Source: an uncultured Spirochaetaceae bacterium
Lineage (GTDB): Bacteria > Spirochaetota > Spirochaetia > SZUA-6 > RPPD01
Assembly (NCBI GenBank): GCA_964638895.1
Contig: CAZWYY010000013.1
Span: 2,522 to 66,521, forward strand
Reading direction: 5' to 3'
Length of the DNA: 64,000 nucleotides
Notes under the pieces: generated by a model
The model's input: the letters and a program-made list of their open reading frames with translations, nothing else
What the model was told of the DNA's origin: nothing
Database searches by the model: none
Position numbers and translations under genes: made by a program
Shown: positions 47,607 through 57,704 of the stretch, piece by piece
Layout: each line of letters begins with the position of its first letter
How positions within the stretch are numbered: position 1 is the stretch's first letter

Positions 47607-48341
47607 CTACTCATTGATCTTTTTGTATTCCTTGCCCAAATAAGCCCGCTGTACGTCGCGGTTATCAAGCAACTCACCGGATGTGCCCTCCAGCACAACC
47701 TGGCCGGTTTCCAACACATAGCCACGATCCGCCACGGCTAGGGCCGCCCTGGCGTTTTGCTCGACCAGGAGAATTGTCACCCCCCGCTTCCGCAGGATGG
47801 TGATTGTATGAAAAATCTGCCGCACCACCAGCGGGGCTATGCCCATGGACGGCTCATCCATCATCAAAAGCCCGGGCCCGGCCATCAGCGCCCGGCCCAT
47901 GGCCAGCATCTGTTGTTCACCGCCGGAGAGCGTCCCGGCCAGCTGCCGCCTGCGTTCCTGCAGCACGGGAAACATAGCGTACACCTCCTCAAGGCGCTCG
48001 GCCGTTTGGCGTGCCCGCCCCTGCCGGAGATGCCGGTACGCGCCCAGGGTAAGGTTTTCCGCTACGCTCATAGGACTGAACACCAGACGCCCCTCGGGTA
48101 CCAGCGCGCACCCCAATCCGATTATCTTTTCCGGAGGTTTGTTTTCGATATGTTCATCGTGCAGCAGTATTTCACCCTGTTGTGTCTTCACTACACCGGC
48201 GATGGTGTTAAGCAGCGTGGATTTTCCCGCGCCATTGGCGCCGATGATGGTGACGATCTCACCACGGTTCACATGCAAAGAAATACCCTTCAACACACGC
48301 AGCTGCCCGTAGCCCGATTCCAGGTTCCGTACCTTAAGCAT
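47607..48341 (-). CDS. livF: Branched-chain amino acid (HAAT) ABC transporter ATP-binding protein LivF-like
   Basis: MLKVRNLESGYG..., IIGANGAGKSTLLNTIAG; start trimmed to Met 48341. Confidence 0.75.
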   Translation of the reverse strand: MLKVRNLESGYGQLRVLKGISLHVNRGEIVTIIGANGAGKSTLLNTIAGVVKTQQGEILLHDEHIENKPPEKIIGLGCALVPEGRLVFSPMSVAENLTLGAYRHLRQGRARQTAERLEEVYAMFPVLQERRRQLAGTLSGGEQQMLAMGRALMAGPGLLMMDEPSMGIAPLVVRQIFHTITILRKRGVTILLVEQNARAALAVADRGYVLETGQVVLEGTSGELLDNRDVQRAYLGKEYKKINE

Positions 48342-49107
48342 ACTCCTCCCCCAAATACACGCGGATGACCTCGGGGTTCTTTTGAATTTCCCTGGGCTTG
48401 CCCTGAGTAAGGAGCCGACCCTGATCCAGGACCACGATATGATCGGAAATGTCCATAATAAGCGACATGTCGTGCTCAACCACCAGCAGCGTTATCCCCG
48501 ATTTTTTTAGGCATGTAATATACGAGGAAAGCTCCGCGGTTTCATGCATATTCAGTCCCGCGGCCGGTTCGTCGAGCAGCATAAGTGCGGGCTTCGCGGC
48601 CAGGGCGCGCGCGAACTCCACCAGACGCTGCTTGCCGAAGGGTAGGCCCCCGGCGAACTCATTAGCGTAAGGCAGCAGGTCGAACCGCCGCAGGAGTTCC
48701 AGTGCCATGCGCCGGAGCTCCCGCTCATCCCTCCAGGAGCCGGGCAGGGCCATAATACAGGAGAAGAAGCCGGCGCGGGAGCGGATGTGGCACCCGGCCA
48801 TGACGTTTTCAAGTACGGTCATGTTCTGAAACAACCTTGTGGTCTGAAAGGTCGAGGTGATTCCCAGGCGGGCGATCTCGTGCGGTCTTAATCCATGAAT
48901 GGATTTCCCCCTGTACCATACGCCGCCGCTGTCCGCCTGCAGCCTGCCGGAGATCAGATTGAACAGCGTGCTTTTGCCCGCGCCGTTGGGGCCGATCACC
49001 GCCTGGATAACCCCGGACGGTACCGTGAAGCTGACATCATGCACGGCCTTAAGGCCGCCGAAAGAGCGGCAGAGGTTTTTTATCTCAAGCAGAATTTCTT
49101 TTGGCAT
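48334..49107 (-). CDS. livG: HAAT ABC transporter ATP-binding protein LivG-like
   Basis: VIGPNGAGKSTLFNLISG, LLDEPAAGL. Confidence 0.75.
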   Translation of the reverse strand: MPKEILLEIKNLCRSFGGLKAVHDVSFTVPSGVIQAVIGPNGAGKSTLFNLISGRLQADSGGVWYRGKSIHGLRPHEIARLGITSTFQTTRLFQNMTVLENVMAGCHIRSRAGFFSCIMALPGSWRDERELRRMALELLRRFDLLPYANEFAGGLPFGKQRLVEFARALAAKPALMLLDEPAAGLNMHETAELSSYITCLKKSGITLLVVEHDMSLIMDISDHIVVLDQGRLLTQGKPREIQKNPEVIRVYLGEEYA

Positions 49108-50176
49108 ATTTTCCGATCTTTTCCACGAGTTTTTCTTTCCAGCGGGCGAGCCGTACCAGGTTCAAAAGCCCGCGCGGGGCGAACAGCATGATCAAAATAA
49201 GGATGGCTCCAAAAACGATATCGTCGAACGAGCCGAATACGCCGCGTAGGGATAAAAAGTTAAGCAGGGCGCTCATCAACACGCAGCCCCAAAGGTTGGC
49301 CATGCCGCCCACGGCCACAATGGCAACGTAGCGTACGGATTTCATCACCGAGGCCTCGGACGGGCCGATCGAGCCGTTATAATGGGTCAGCAGCGCTCCG
49401 GCCACGGCCGCGAACACCGCGCTTAAAATGAAGGTATACAGCTTGTAGCGCGTGGTGTGGATGCCCAGTGAGTTGGCGGCCGTCTCATCCCCATGAACGG
49501 AGCGCAGGGCCCTACCCGCGCGCGAATGGATGAGATTGATGCAGATAAGCAGGGCGATGAAAACAACCCCCCAGGCAATATAATAGTTTGATACGCGCAG
49601 GGGCACGCCGGAACTCACCTCGGTAAGCCCGAAAAATGAGAAGGGCGGGACCCCGGTGATGGGATCGTGCGCCCCCAGAACCGGTGTTGCGTCTATAAGC
49701 GTCTTGATGATCACGCCGAAACCCAGGGTGGCCATGGCCAGGTAATGGCCGCGCAGCCTGATAACCGGAATCCCGATAATCAGCGCCACCAGGACCGCCA
49801 GGAATATGGCCAGCACAAATGCCGCCGCCGGGGCAAAGGAAAGCAGCCGCGCTCCGTACAGGTCCTGCCGCGTAACCAGCAGTCCGGCGGCACGCAGCAA
49901 CCGGATAAAGGGCGACGAGGCAAAAACCGTGAGATCAAAGGTGGTAAGCACGGCGGACGTGTACCCGCCGATGGCGAAAAAGGCCGCGTGGCCCAGGGAG
50001 ATCTGGCCGGCGTACCCGATGAGCATACTCAGGCCTACTACCACGACCGTGTAGTAAGCGGCCTGGGTAAACTCTTTCAGGTAAAAGGAAAGCCCGGCGG
50101 CTGAGAGGATAAGCTGGAGCACAATAATGATTCCTAAAAGTACGCCCAAGGGGAGGTAGCGCCTAAGATCCATCAA
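49085..50176 (-). CDS. livM: HAAT ABC transporter permease LivM-like
   Basis: Polytopic membrane protein in liv gene order. Confidence 0.65.
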   Translation of the reverse strand: MMDLRRYLPLGVLLGIIIVLQLILSAAGLSFYLKEFTQAAYYTVVVVGLSMLIGYAGQISLGHAAFFAIGGYTSAVLTTFDLTVFASSPFIRLLRAAGLLVTRQDLYGARLLSFAPAAAFVLAIFLAVLVALIIGIPVIRLRGHYLAMATLGFGVIIKTLIDATPVLGAHDPITGVPPFSFFGLTEVSSGVPLRVSNYYIAWGVVFIALLICINLIHSRAGRALRSVHGDETAANSLGIHTTRYKLYTFILSAVFAAVAGALLTHYNGSIGPSEASVMKSVRYVAIVAVGGMANLWGCVLMSALLNFLSLRGVFGSFDDIVFGAILILIMLFAPRGLLNLVRLARWKEKLVEKIGKYAKRNSA

Positions 50177-51084
50177 AACTCCTTAAGCGCGTTTTCCTCG
50201 GCACTGCCGAAAAGCCCGCTTGGTTTTATGGTCAGAATAAGCAAAAGAATGCCCACCGAGACCGCGTCGCGATAGGCCATGGGCAGGACACTGACGCTGA
50301 AGCTTTCGATCATGCCCAGCATGATCCCGCCGGCCACGGCCGCCATGCTGTTGCCCAGCCCCCCGATGATGGCCACGGTAAACCCTTTGATCGCAAAGCC
50401 CGAGCCCATATCGTAACTGGTTTTTGCCAGGGGTGAGATGGCGCAGCCGGCCAGGGCCCCCAGGGCCGCTGAGATCATGAAGGAAAGCGTGACCATGAGT
50501 TTGACATTGATGCCGCACAGCCCGGCCGCTGTTTTATTGGCCGCGCAGGCCCGCATGGCCTTGCCCGTAAGCGTGTACCGGAAAAACAGATACAGGGCGC
50601 CCACCAGCAGGGCGCAGATGCCGATGATCCACAGGTCCTGGGGAGAGATGTTCGCGCCCAGGATACCGAGAGAACTCCCCTCCGTGCCGCTGAAAAAGGG
50701 CAGGGCGTAGGTTTTTATACCCCAGATGTAGGACATGCCCTCGCGCATCACGATAGACAATCCGATGGTGATCACGATCAGGCGCAGCACCGCCGGATTT
50801 TGGGGCCAGCCGATAAACAAAAACTCTATGGCCGCGCCGATAGCCGTGGTGATGGCCACGGCCACCAGGATGGCCAGGACCAGGGCCAGGCCGGTGGGCA
50901 GGGCCAACGCGGTAAAAAGCGCGTGTAGGCTGACGGCAAGGAGAGCCCCCACAATGAGGAACTCTCCCTGTGCAAAGTTGATTACTCCGGTTGTGTTATA
51001 GATTATATTAAAACCGATGGCCACGATGGCGTAGATGCTGCCCACGCGCAGCCCGGCAAAAAAGTACTGGAGTATGATATCCAT
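50173..51084 (-). CDS. livH: HAAT ABC transporter permease LivH-like
   Basis: Polytopic membrane protein; ATGA-type overlap. Confidence 0.65.
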   Translation of the reverse strand: MDIILQYFFAGLRVGSIYAIVAIGFNIIYNTTGVINFAQGEFLIVGALLAVSLHALFTALALPTGLALVLAILVAVAITTAIGAAIEFLFIGWPQNPAVLRLIVITIGLSIVMREGMSYIWGIKTYALPFFSGTEGSSLGILGANISPQDLWIIGICALLVGALYLFFRYTLTGKAMRACAANKTAAGLCGINVKLMVTLSFMISAALGALAGCAISPLAKTSYDMGSGFAIKGFTVAIIGGLGNSMAAVAGGIMLGMIESFSVSVLPMAYRDAVSVGILLLILTIKPSGLFGSAEENALKEF

Positions 51085-51093
51085 AACGTCCGG

Positions 51094-52263
51094 TTATTCC
51101 TTATATAAAACGAATTTTCCGTCCTTTACCACGTACATGACCAGCGAGTCCATGCCCAGGCCGTTGTGATCGGTGGGTGAATAATTATAAATACCGCCCG
51201 TGCCCGGGTGATTTTTAAGGTTCTCGATATACTCACGCACTTTTTCCTTGTCCGTTCCCACGGCCTTGATGGCCTCCACCAGGATCATTAATGCGTCATA
51301 AGCATGTCCGCCGAAGGTGCTGACGTCTTCCTTGTAAGTGTCTTCGTACATCTTTTTGTATGCCACCAGCAGCGCCTTCTGGGGGTTGCTGTCCGGTAGT
51401 TGTTCGGCTGCAAGCAGCCTTCCACAGGGGAAGAGGATCCCCTCGGCGGCGTCCTTGCCGATGGCCTCCACGTACTTGATGTTGCCGAAACCGTGACTGT
51501 GGAACAACGGAACGTTAAAGCCGATCTGTTTCATGTTCTGCGGGATGATGGACTGGGCCGGAAACACGGACCAGTTTACCACAGCGTCCACATTGCTGGC
51601 CTTTACCTTGTTGAGTAGGGCCGTGAAATCGCTGTCCTTTACGCTGTACTCCTCCGAGATTACGATCTCCACCCCGTACTGTGACGCGTATTTCTCGAAC
51701 TGCTCCTTGCCGGATTTGCCGAACCCGGTGGCGCCCACAACCAGTCCGATACGCTTGATGCCCTTGTCCTGCATGGTTTTCAGGACCCACTGGGCCGCGT
51801 AACGGTCCTGCTGCGGGGTGGTGAACACCCATTTGGCGACCGGATTGGAAATGGACTCGGCCGCGGCGCATGACATATTGATAGTCCGGCCCTTTTCACA
51901 GATGTCCTTTATGGCCATTGAGGTGCCGCTTGAGGTGGGCCCGATAATGGCGAACACCTGGTCCTCTTCTATCAGTTGGTTGGCAAAACCGATGGCCTTT
52001 TCCGAACTGGCCTGCGAATCTTTGAGAATGAGTTCGATCTTGTGGCCGTTGACGCCTCCTTTGGCGTTGATCTCATCGACAAGCATCTGCGCGGTTTTTA
52101 CCTCGGGATCCCCCAGGAAGGAGATGGGCCCGGTTTGCGCGAAGATCGCTCCGATCTTTATGCTCTCACCGCCCCCCTGGGCGCAGGCGGATAAAAAATA
52201 CGCGAGACTTAGGGCAATAGTGAGAAGCATGGAAAGTCTGAACCAAAGCCGAAATTTTTTCAT
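51094..52263 (-). CDS. livK: Branched-chain/aromatic amino acid ABC substrate-binding protein (LivK-type)
   Basis: Signal peptide, type I PBP features (GPTSSG...). Confidence 0.65.
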   Translation of the reverse strand: MKKFRLWFRLSMLLTIALSLAYFLSACAQGGGESIKIGAIFAQTGPISFLGDPEVKTAQMLVDEINAKGGVNGHKIELILKDSQASSEKAIGFANQLIEEDQVFAIIGPTSSGTSMAIKDICEKGRTINMSCAAAESISNPVAKWVFTTPQQDRYAAQWVLKTMQDKGIKRIGLVVGATGFGKSGKEQFEKYASQYGVEIVISEEYSVKDSDFTALLNKVKASNVDAVVNWSVFPAQSIIPQNMKQIGFNVPLFHSHGFGNIKYVEAIGKDAAEGILFPCGRLLAAEQLPDSNPQKALLVAYKKMYEDTYKEDVSTFGGHAYDALMILVEAIKAVGTDKEKVREYIENLKNHPGTGGIYNYSPTDHNGLGMDSLVMYVVKDGKFVLYKE

Positions 52264-52319
52264 ACCGTGATACCTCCTTTTTTTGCACGTATGATAATAC
52301 TTTTTATCTGATCTTCCAA

Positions 52320-52751
52320 TTATAAATCTTTGAGTCCTGCGTCAGTGACTACCGAGATATTATTGTCCCGCAGCACTTTAATGGCCGCGGAGGCGTCCTC
52401 GATCCTGAATACCAGGATGGCATTGTCCACCCGTTTTTCCACGAACGCGTACATGTACTCGATGTTGATGTTGTTTTTCAGGAATATCTCCAGGATGCGG
52501 TGCAGGCCTCCGGGCCGGTCCTCAACCTCGACCGCGATCACGTCCGTCTCCTGGGCCACGAAATGATGCTCCTTTAACACCTTCAGGCACGCGGCAGGAT
52601 CGTCCACTATCAGGCGCAGAACTCCGAACTCCGCGGTCTCGGCCAGGGCCAGAGTGCGGATGTTTATCCCGGCGTCCGCCAATAGCCCGGTCACCTCGGC
52701 CAGCCTGCCGATCTTGTTCTCCAGAAAAATTGATATCTGTTTTATCTTCAT
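52320..52751 (-). CDS. ACT domain-containing protein (tandem ACT)
   Basis: ISIFLENKIGRLAEVTGLLADAGINIRTL. Confidence 0.6.
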   Translation of the reverse strand: MKIKQISIFLENKIGRLAEVTGLLADAGINIRTLALAETAEFGVLRLIVDDPAACLKVLKEHHFVAQETDVIAVEVEDRPGGLHRILEIFLKNNINIEYMYAFVEKRVDNAILVFRIEDASAAIKVLRDNNISVVTDAGLKDL

Positions 52752-52763
52752 GTTTGACTCCTT

Positions 52764-54062
52764 TTATAACTGACGTTTGTCTATGACCCGCTTGGCCTTG
52801 CCTTCGCTGCGCGGGATTGTGCCGGGCTCCACCAGTTTGACCCTGGCGTGAACGTTCAGCGCGGAATAAAGCTCCTCCTCCATGCGTTTCTCGTTGGCAT
52901 TGAGGTTCTTGATTTCGTCCGAAAAAAGATTTTCGGTCATCTCCACCTGGACCTCGATGCTGTCGAGCTGTTCCTTGCGGTCCACCAGAATCTGGTAGTG
53001 GGGTTCCACCCCCTCCACGCGCAGGAGTACCTCCTCCACCTGGGAGGGAAACACGTTCACCCCGCGCACGATGAGCATGTCGTCCGTACGCCCCAGCAGG
53101 CGGTGCATGCGCACCAGGCTGCGGCCGCAGGCGCATGTTTCGCGCGTAAGAAAGGTGATGTCGCGGGTGCGGTAACGCAGCACGGGCGTGCCCTCCTTGG
53201 TCAGGGTGGTAAACACCAGTTCCCCCCTTTGCCCTTCCGGTAGCGTCTCGCCCGTGGCCGGGTCTATGATCTCGGCGTAGAAATGGTCTTCGAAGATGTG
53301 CAGGCCGTCCTGCTCGAGACACTCGGCCGATACCCCCGGCCCGATAATCTCGGTCAGCCCGTAAATATCCAGGGCCTTTAAAAAAAGTTTGGCCTCGATC
53401 TCCCTGCGCATGCCGTCACTCCAGGGCTCGGCGCCGAACAGCCCCACCCGCAGCGGCAGATCGTTGAAGTCCACTCCTTCGCTTTTGCCGATCTCGGCCA
53501 GCAGCAGCGAGTAGGAGGGGGTGCAGGTAAGTACGGTGGACCCGAAGTCACGCATGATCTGGAGCTGGCGCTTGGTGTTGCCGCCCGAGATGGGAATCAC
53601 ATTGGCGCCCAGTTTGCGCGCTCCGTAATGAACGCCCAGGCCCCCGGTAAACAGCCCGTATCCGTACGCATTCTGCACGGTGTCATCCGCCGTCGTGTCG
53701 CCCATGGCCAGGGTGCGGGCCATGACCTCGGACCAGATTTCAATATCGCCCCTTGTATAGGCATCCACAACGGGCTTGCCGGTGGTGCCGGAAGAGGTGT
53801 GTATTTCTACTATATCGCGCTTGTCCGCGGCCAAAAGGCCCAGGGGATATACATCGCGCATATCGTCCTTGGTGGTAAAGGGCAGCTTGACGATATCCGA
53901 AATATCCTTGATATCGGACGGTTTCACGCGCAGTGCGTCCATCTTTTCCCTATAGAAGGGCACGCGTTTGTACAGCCGGGCCGTAAGCTCGCACAGGCGC
54001 CTGCTTTGCAGCTTCCGCAGCCCGGCCGGTTCCATGGCCTCGTATTCCCGGTTCCAGATCAT
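52764..54062 (-). CDS. Phenylacetate-CoA ligase family protein (PaaK-like), paralog 2
   Basis: [23 protein letters not shown]. Confidence 0.75.
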   Translation of the reverse strand: MIWNREYEAMEPAGLRKLQSRRLCELTARLYKRVPFYREKMDALRVKPSDIKDISDIVKLPFTTKDDMRDVYPLGLLAADKRDIVEIHTSSGTTGKPVVDAYTRGDIEIWSEVMARTLAMGDTTADDTVQNAYGYGLFTGGLGVHYGARKLGANVIPISGGNTKRQLQIMRDFGSTVLTCTPSYSLLLAEIGKSEGVDFNDLPLRVGLFGAEPWSDGMRREIEAKLFLKALDIYGLTEIIGPGVSAECLEQDGLHIFEDHFYAEIIDPATGETLPEGQRGELVFTTLTKEGTPVLRYRTRDITFLTRETCACGRSLVRMHRLLGRTDDMLIVRGVNVFPSQVEEVLLRVEGVEPHYQILVDRKEQLDSIEVQVEMTENLFSDEIKNLNANEKRMEEELYSALNVHARVKLVEPGTIPRSEGKAKRVIDKRQL

Positions 54063-54655
54063 GTGGTTACCTCCTTCGTGAATGTCTTATAATAATCGCC
54101 GCCCTCTGCAAAGGCGGCCAGGTTTTGTTCCAGGAAGCGCCACGGCACCACTCCGGCGACGGCCTGTTCCCAGGCCGTGTTCGGGATTTCCAAGAGCGGG
54201 GCTATAAATCCCAGCAGGGCCGTGTTAAAGAACCTTTTGTCCGCGATACGCCCGGACAGGCGTTCCGGATCAATCAGGAGGAGTTCGGGGCAGGCTTTCT
54301 GCAGCTCATCCTCTATCTGCGCCGGGTACTCTTTCGCGGCCGCGGGTCTGATCCTGAAGCGGCAGACGGCGACCACGGTTTTCCTGTTGGCGTACGCCAG
54401 CCAGCGCAGGGTCTCCATCTCCTCCAGGGAGAGCAGAATGTCGGCCTCTCCCCGTGAGATTACCGGAGAATACACACTGGGGCCGAAGCGAACGTGGCTC
54501 GACACCGAACCGCCCCGCTGGCTCATGCCGTGAATTTCGCTTTTTTTGACATCCAACCCGTGGATCATGGCGGCCGTGCTCAGGATGTTGCTTGCCGTAA
54601 TGATACCCTGCCCGCCCACGCCCACCATCAGGATGTTGAAGTTTTTCCGCCGCAT
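54059..54655 (-). CDS. iorB: Indolepyruvate ferredoxin oxidoreductase subunit beta
   Basis: [19 protein letters not shown]...[16 protein letters not shown]. Confidence 0.7.
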   Translation of the reverse strand: MRRKNFNILMVGVGGQGIITASNILSTAAMIHGLDVKKSEIHGMSQRGGSVSSHVRFGPSVYSPVISRGEADILLSLEEMETLRWLAYANRKTVVAVCRFRIRPAAAKEYPAQIEDELQKACPELLLIDPERLSGRIADKRFFNTALLGFIAPLLEIPNTAWEQAVAGVVPWRFLEQNLAAFAEGGDYYKTFTKEVTT

Positions 54656-54659
54656 GCGC

Positions 54660-56273
54660 CTACTCTTTCTTTGCCTTTTTTTTCAGAATTACGCACTGCC
54701 CCTGCGCCACCACCAGGGAAAGCTCGCGTTTTTCCAGGGCCGCGCTAATGGTCTGTTCCAGTTCCCGGCGCGCGTAGGCGTCAACCAGGTGAATGTTTTG
54801 TTCAGGTATGCCCACGGCCTGGGCAAGTTTCACATAATTGAGCCTTACGGTCTGTTCCCTGTTGATCCGCTCTCCGGACAGTGGATTGGGCTGCATGCCG
54901 GTCATGGCGGTTGTGCCGTTGTCCAGCACGATGATCACCGAATGCCGCTTGTTGTAGGCCGCGTTGATCAGGCCCGTGACCCCGGAATGGGCGAAGGTAG
55001 AGTCCCCGATCACGGCCACGGCGCCCCCCGCGTATTCCCGTCCCATGGCCGCCTCCATGCCTTGGACCATGCCGATGCTGCCGCCCATCTCCACGCAGGT
55101 GTCCATGGCGCTGAAGGGGGGCAGGACCCCCAGGGTATAACAGCCGATATCGCCGGATACAATGACGTTCAGTTTGTTCAGGATGGTAAACACGGCGCGG
55201 TGGGGGCAGCCCGGGCAGAGCGTGGGTGGTCGCGGGGGCAGCGCGAACCCCGCAGCGGGCAGGACCTGTCCGGCGGAAGGGTCGGGAGCCGTAAGCTCCG
55301 GCGGAATAATATCCTTAAACGCCCCGCGGATAATATCCGGGGAAAGCTCCCCTACGGTGGGCAGGTATTGCTTGCCGCGTACCTCCAGGCCCATGGCCCG
55401 GATGCGCATCTCGAAGAAGGGGTCCAACTCTTCCACAACCAGAAGCGTGTCCACGCCTCCGGCAAAACCGCGGATCAGGTCCTCGGGCAGGGGGTGGGAC
55501 ATGCCCAGTTTTAAGACCGAGACCCCCGGGTAAAGTTCTTTCACGTAGGTATAGGCTACTCCGGCGGTGATGATTCCCACGCGCGGATCGCCCTTTTCGA
55601 CGCGGTTTATCTCCAGCGTGCCGCAGTCATGGCGGAGCCGCTGCATGCGCTCCTCCACCACGCCGTGGCGCACGCGGGCGTGCGCCGGGATCATCACGTA
55701 TTTCGGCCTGTCGCGGTAAAAGCCCGCCGGCTTCGGCGGCCGTGCCGTGGTCTCCTCCTTTTGCACCACGGACAGCGAATGGGAGACGCGGGTGGTGGTG
55801 CGCAGCAGCACCGGCGTATCGTAACGCTCACTTATGGAATAGGCCAGGGCGGTGAAATCCCGGGCCTCCTGGGAATCCGCCGGCTCCAGCATGGGCAGTT
55901 TGGCCGCTTCCGCGTAATGGCGGTTGTCCTGCTCGTTCTGCGACGAGTGGATCCCGGGATCGTCCGCGGTTACGATAACAAGCCCCGCGGCAACGCCGGT
56001 GTACGCGGCGATAAAAAGGGGGTCCGCGGCCACGTTAAGTCCCACGTGCTTCATTGTCACCAGGGTGCGCGCGCCGCTTAAAGACGCGCCCAGCCCCACC
56101 TCCAGCGCCACCTTTTCGTTCACCGACCATTCGGTGTACACATCGGGATATTCGGTCAGCGCTTCCAGTATCTCCGAGGAGGGGGTGCCGGGATATCCCG
56201 TTCCCACCGTAACCCCGGCCTGGAAGGCCCCTAAAGCGATGGCCTGGTTTCCGGAGAGCAGCGCTTTTTTCAT
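54660..56273 (-). CDS. iorA: Indolepyruvate ferredoxin oxidoreductase subunit alpha (TPP-dependent)
   Basis: CPGCPH motif, TPP-binding GDSTFAHSG; adjacent to iorB. Confidence 0.7.
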   Translation of the reverse strand: MKKALLSGNQAIALGAFQAGVTVGTGYPGTPSSEILEALTEYPDVYTEWSVNEKVALEVGLGASLSGARTLVTMKHVGLNVAADPLFIAAYTGVAAGLVIVTADDPGIHSSQNEQDNRHYAEAAKLPMLEPADSQEARDFTALAYSISERYDTPVLLRTTTRVSHSLSVVQKEETTARPPKPAGFYRDRPKYVMIPAHARVRHGVVEERMQRLRHDCGTLEINRVEKGDPRVGIITAGVAYTYVKELYPGVSVLKLGMSHPLPEDLIRGFAGGVDTLLVVEELDPFFEMRIRAMGLEVRGKQYLPTVGELSPDIIRGAFKDIIPPELTAPDPSAGQVLPAAGFALPPRPPTLCPGCPHRAVFTILNKLNVIVSGDIGCYTLGVLPPFSAMDTCVEMGGSIGMVQGMEAAMGREYAGGAVAVIGDSTFAHSGVTGLINAAYNKRHSVIIVLDNGTTAMTGMQPNPLSGERINREQTVRLNYVKLAQAVGIPEQNIHLVDAYARRELEQTISAALEKRELSLVVAQGQCVILKKKAKKE

Positions 56274-57619
56274 CCTGTTGTTTCACTCCCCATCTTACTC
56301 CCCACCTCGCTCCCGTCGTTCCTGTGATCGAACACCCTGACCGCCTTTCCCTCGTGCGCCCGCAGGCTGCGGGCCTCCACCAGGTTTACCACCGGGTTCA
56401 CGGTGATCTCGGCGGCCAGTTCCTCCTCAAGCCGTTTCTGCAGGTGCTCAATGCCGGACAGGGAATCCGTAAACCCCGCCTCGTCCAGCTCCACTTTGAT
56501 ATGCAGTTTGTCCATGAAATTTTCTTTGTAGATATGGATCTCGTAATTGGTTCCTACCTGGGGCACGCGCATCAGCACCTGCTCCACCTGGATGGGAAAC
56601 AGGTTGACGCCGTTGATGATCAGCATGTCATCGGTCCTGCCGCGGATGCGCTCAATGCGCCGGTGCGTCCGCCCGCAGGAGCAGGTCCCGGGCAGGATGC
56701 GCGTCAGGTCTCCGGTGCGATAGCGCAAGAGGGGCATGGCCTCCCTGTTCAGGCTGGTGAGCACCAGCTCGCCCTGTTCGCCGTCCGGCAGGGTTTCCCC
56801 TGTGCCCGGATCGATAATTTCGGCCAGGACCTGGTCCTCCCAGATGTGGAGCCCGTTTTGCGCTTCGCACTCGAAGGCCACGCCCGGCCCGCAGATTTCG
56901 GACAGGCCGTATGAATTATAGGCCTTGAGGCCCAAAAGATCCTGGATTTTAACGCGGACCTCCTGGCTGTGGGGCTCGGCGCCGATAAACGCCAGGCGCA
57001 GGGCCAGGTCCTCCCGCGGGTTAACGCCCGTTTCGGCCAGAAGCCCCGCCAGGCGCAGGGCGTAGCTGGGCAGGATGTGCAGGGCCGTTGTCCTGAACTG
57101 ATTCATAAACCAAAGCTGGCGTTTGCTGTTGCCCGGACCGATGGGGATGGTGAGCATGCCCAGTTTTTCCGCGCCGTAATGCAGGCCCAGGCCGCCGGTG
57201 AACAGGCCGTACCCCATCATGTTCTGGAACACGTCACGCGGCCGCGCGCCTGCCGCAAAAAGGCAGCGGGCCATGACATTGCTCCACTCCTCTATATCAC
57301 GGCGCGTATGGTAGACCACGGTGGGGTTCCCCGTTGTTCCGGAGGAAGAGTGCAGGCGCACCACCTGTTCCAGGGGCACGGCCAAAAAGCCGTAGGGGAA
57401 GTTGTCGCGCAGGTCCTGTTTGCCGGTCAATGGCAGGTCCCGTATCCCGTCCATGCCGCGGACACCCGGTTTTTGTTTTTCCAGGAGGTTTTTGTAAAAT
57501 GGCGCCTTGGCGGCCCGCTCAAGCACGGCCGCAAAACGTGAAGACTGAAGCTTGGAAAGCTCCGGGCGGGTGAGACATTCAAGGTGTTCTTCCCAGTAAG
57601 GGCCGCCGGCCATTATCAT
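56270..57619 (-). CDS. Phenylacetate-CoA ligase family protein (PaaK-like), paralog 3
   Basis: HSSSGTTGNPTVVYHTRRDIEEW; start trimmed to Met at 57619. Confidence 0.7.
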   Translation of the reverse strand: MIMAGGPYWEEHLECLTRPELSKLQSSRFAAVLERAAKAPFYKNLLEKQKPGVRGMDGIRDLPLTGKQDLRDNFPYGFLAVPLEQVVRLHSSSGTTGNPTVVYHTRRDIEEWSNVMARCLFAAGARPRDVFQNMMGYGLFTGGLGLHYGAEKLGMLTIPIGPGNSKRQLWFMNQFRTTALHILPSYALRLAGLLAETGVNPREDLALRLAFIGAEPHSQEVRVKIQDLLGLKAYNSYGLSEICGPGVAFECEAQNGLHIWEDQVLAEIIDPGTGETLPDGEQGELVLTSLNREAMPLLRYRTGDLTRILPGTCSCGRTHRRIERIRGRTDDMLIINGVNLFPIQVEQVLMRVPQVGTNYEIHIYKENFMDKLHIKVELDEAGFTDSLSGIEHLQKRLEEELAAEITVNPVVNLVEARSLRAHEGKAVRVFDHRNDGSEVGSKMGSETTG

Positions 57620-57704
57620 GATCTTATTCGAAACAGTACGACATGTAAAGGCCGTTGCCAGAATAATAATTACCTGATACCCTGCGTACGAAAGGGGTGT
57701 TGCC

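Noticed and set aside
47757-48368. 203-aa and 157-aa + strand ORFs overlapping livF/livG
   Set aside because: His/Pro/Arg-rich shadow ORFs antisense to well-supported ABC ATPase genes.
52522-53322. 266-aa antisense ORF overlapping the ACT and PaaK genes
   Set aside because: RG-rich low-complexity shadow ORF; both sense genes have strong family motifs.
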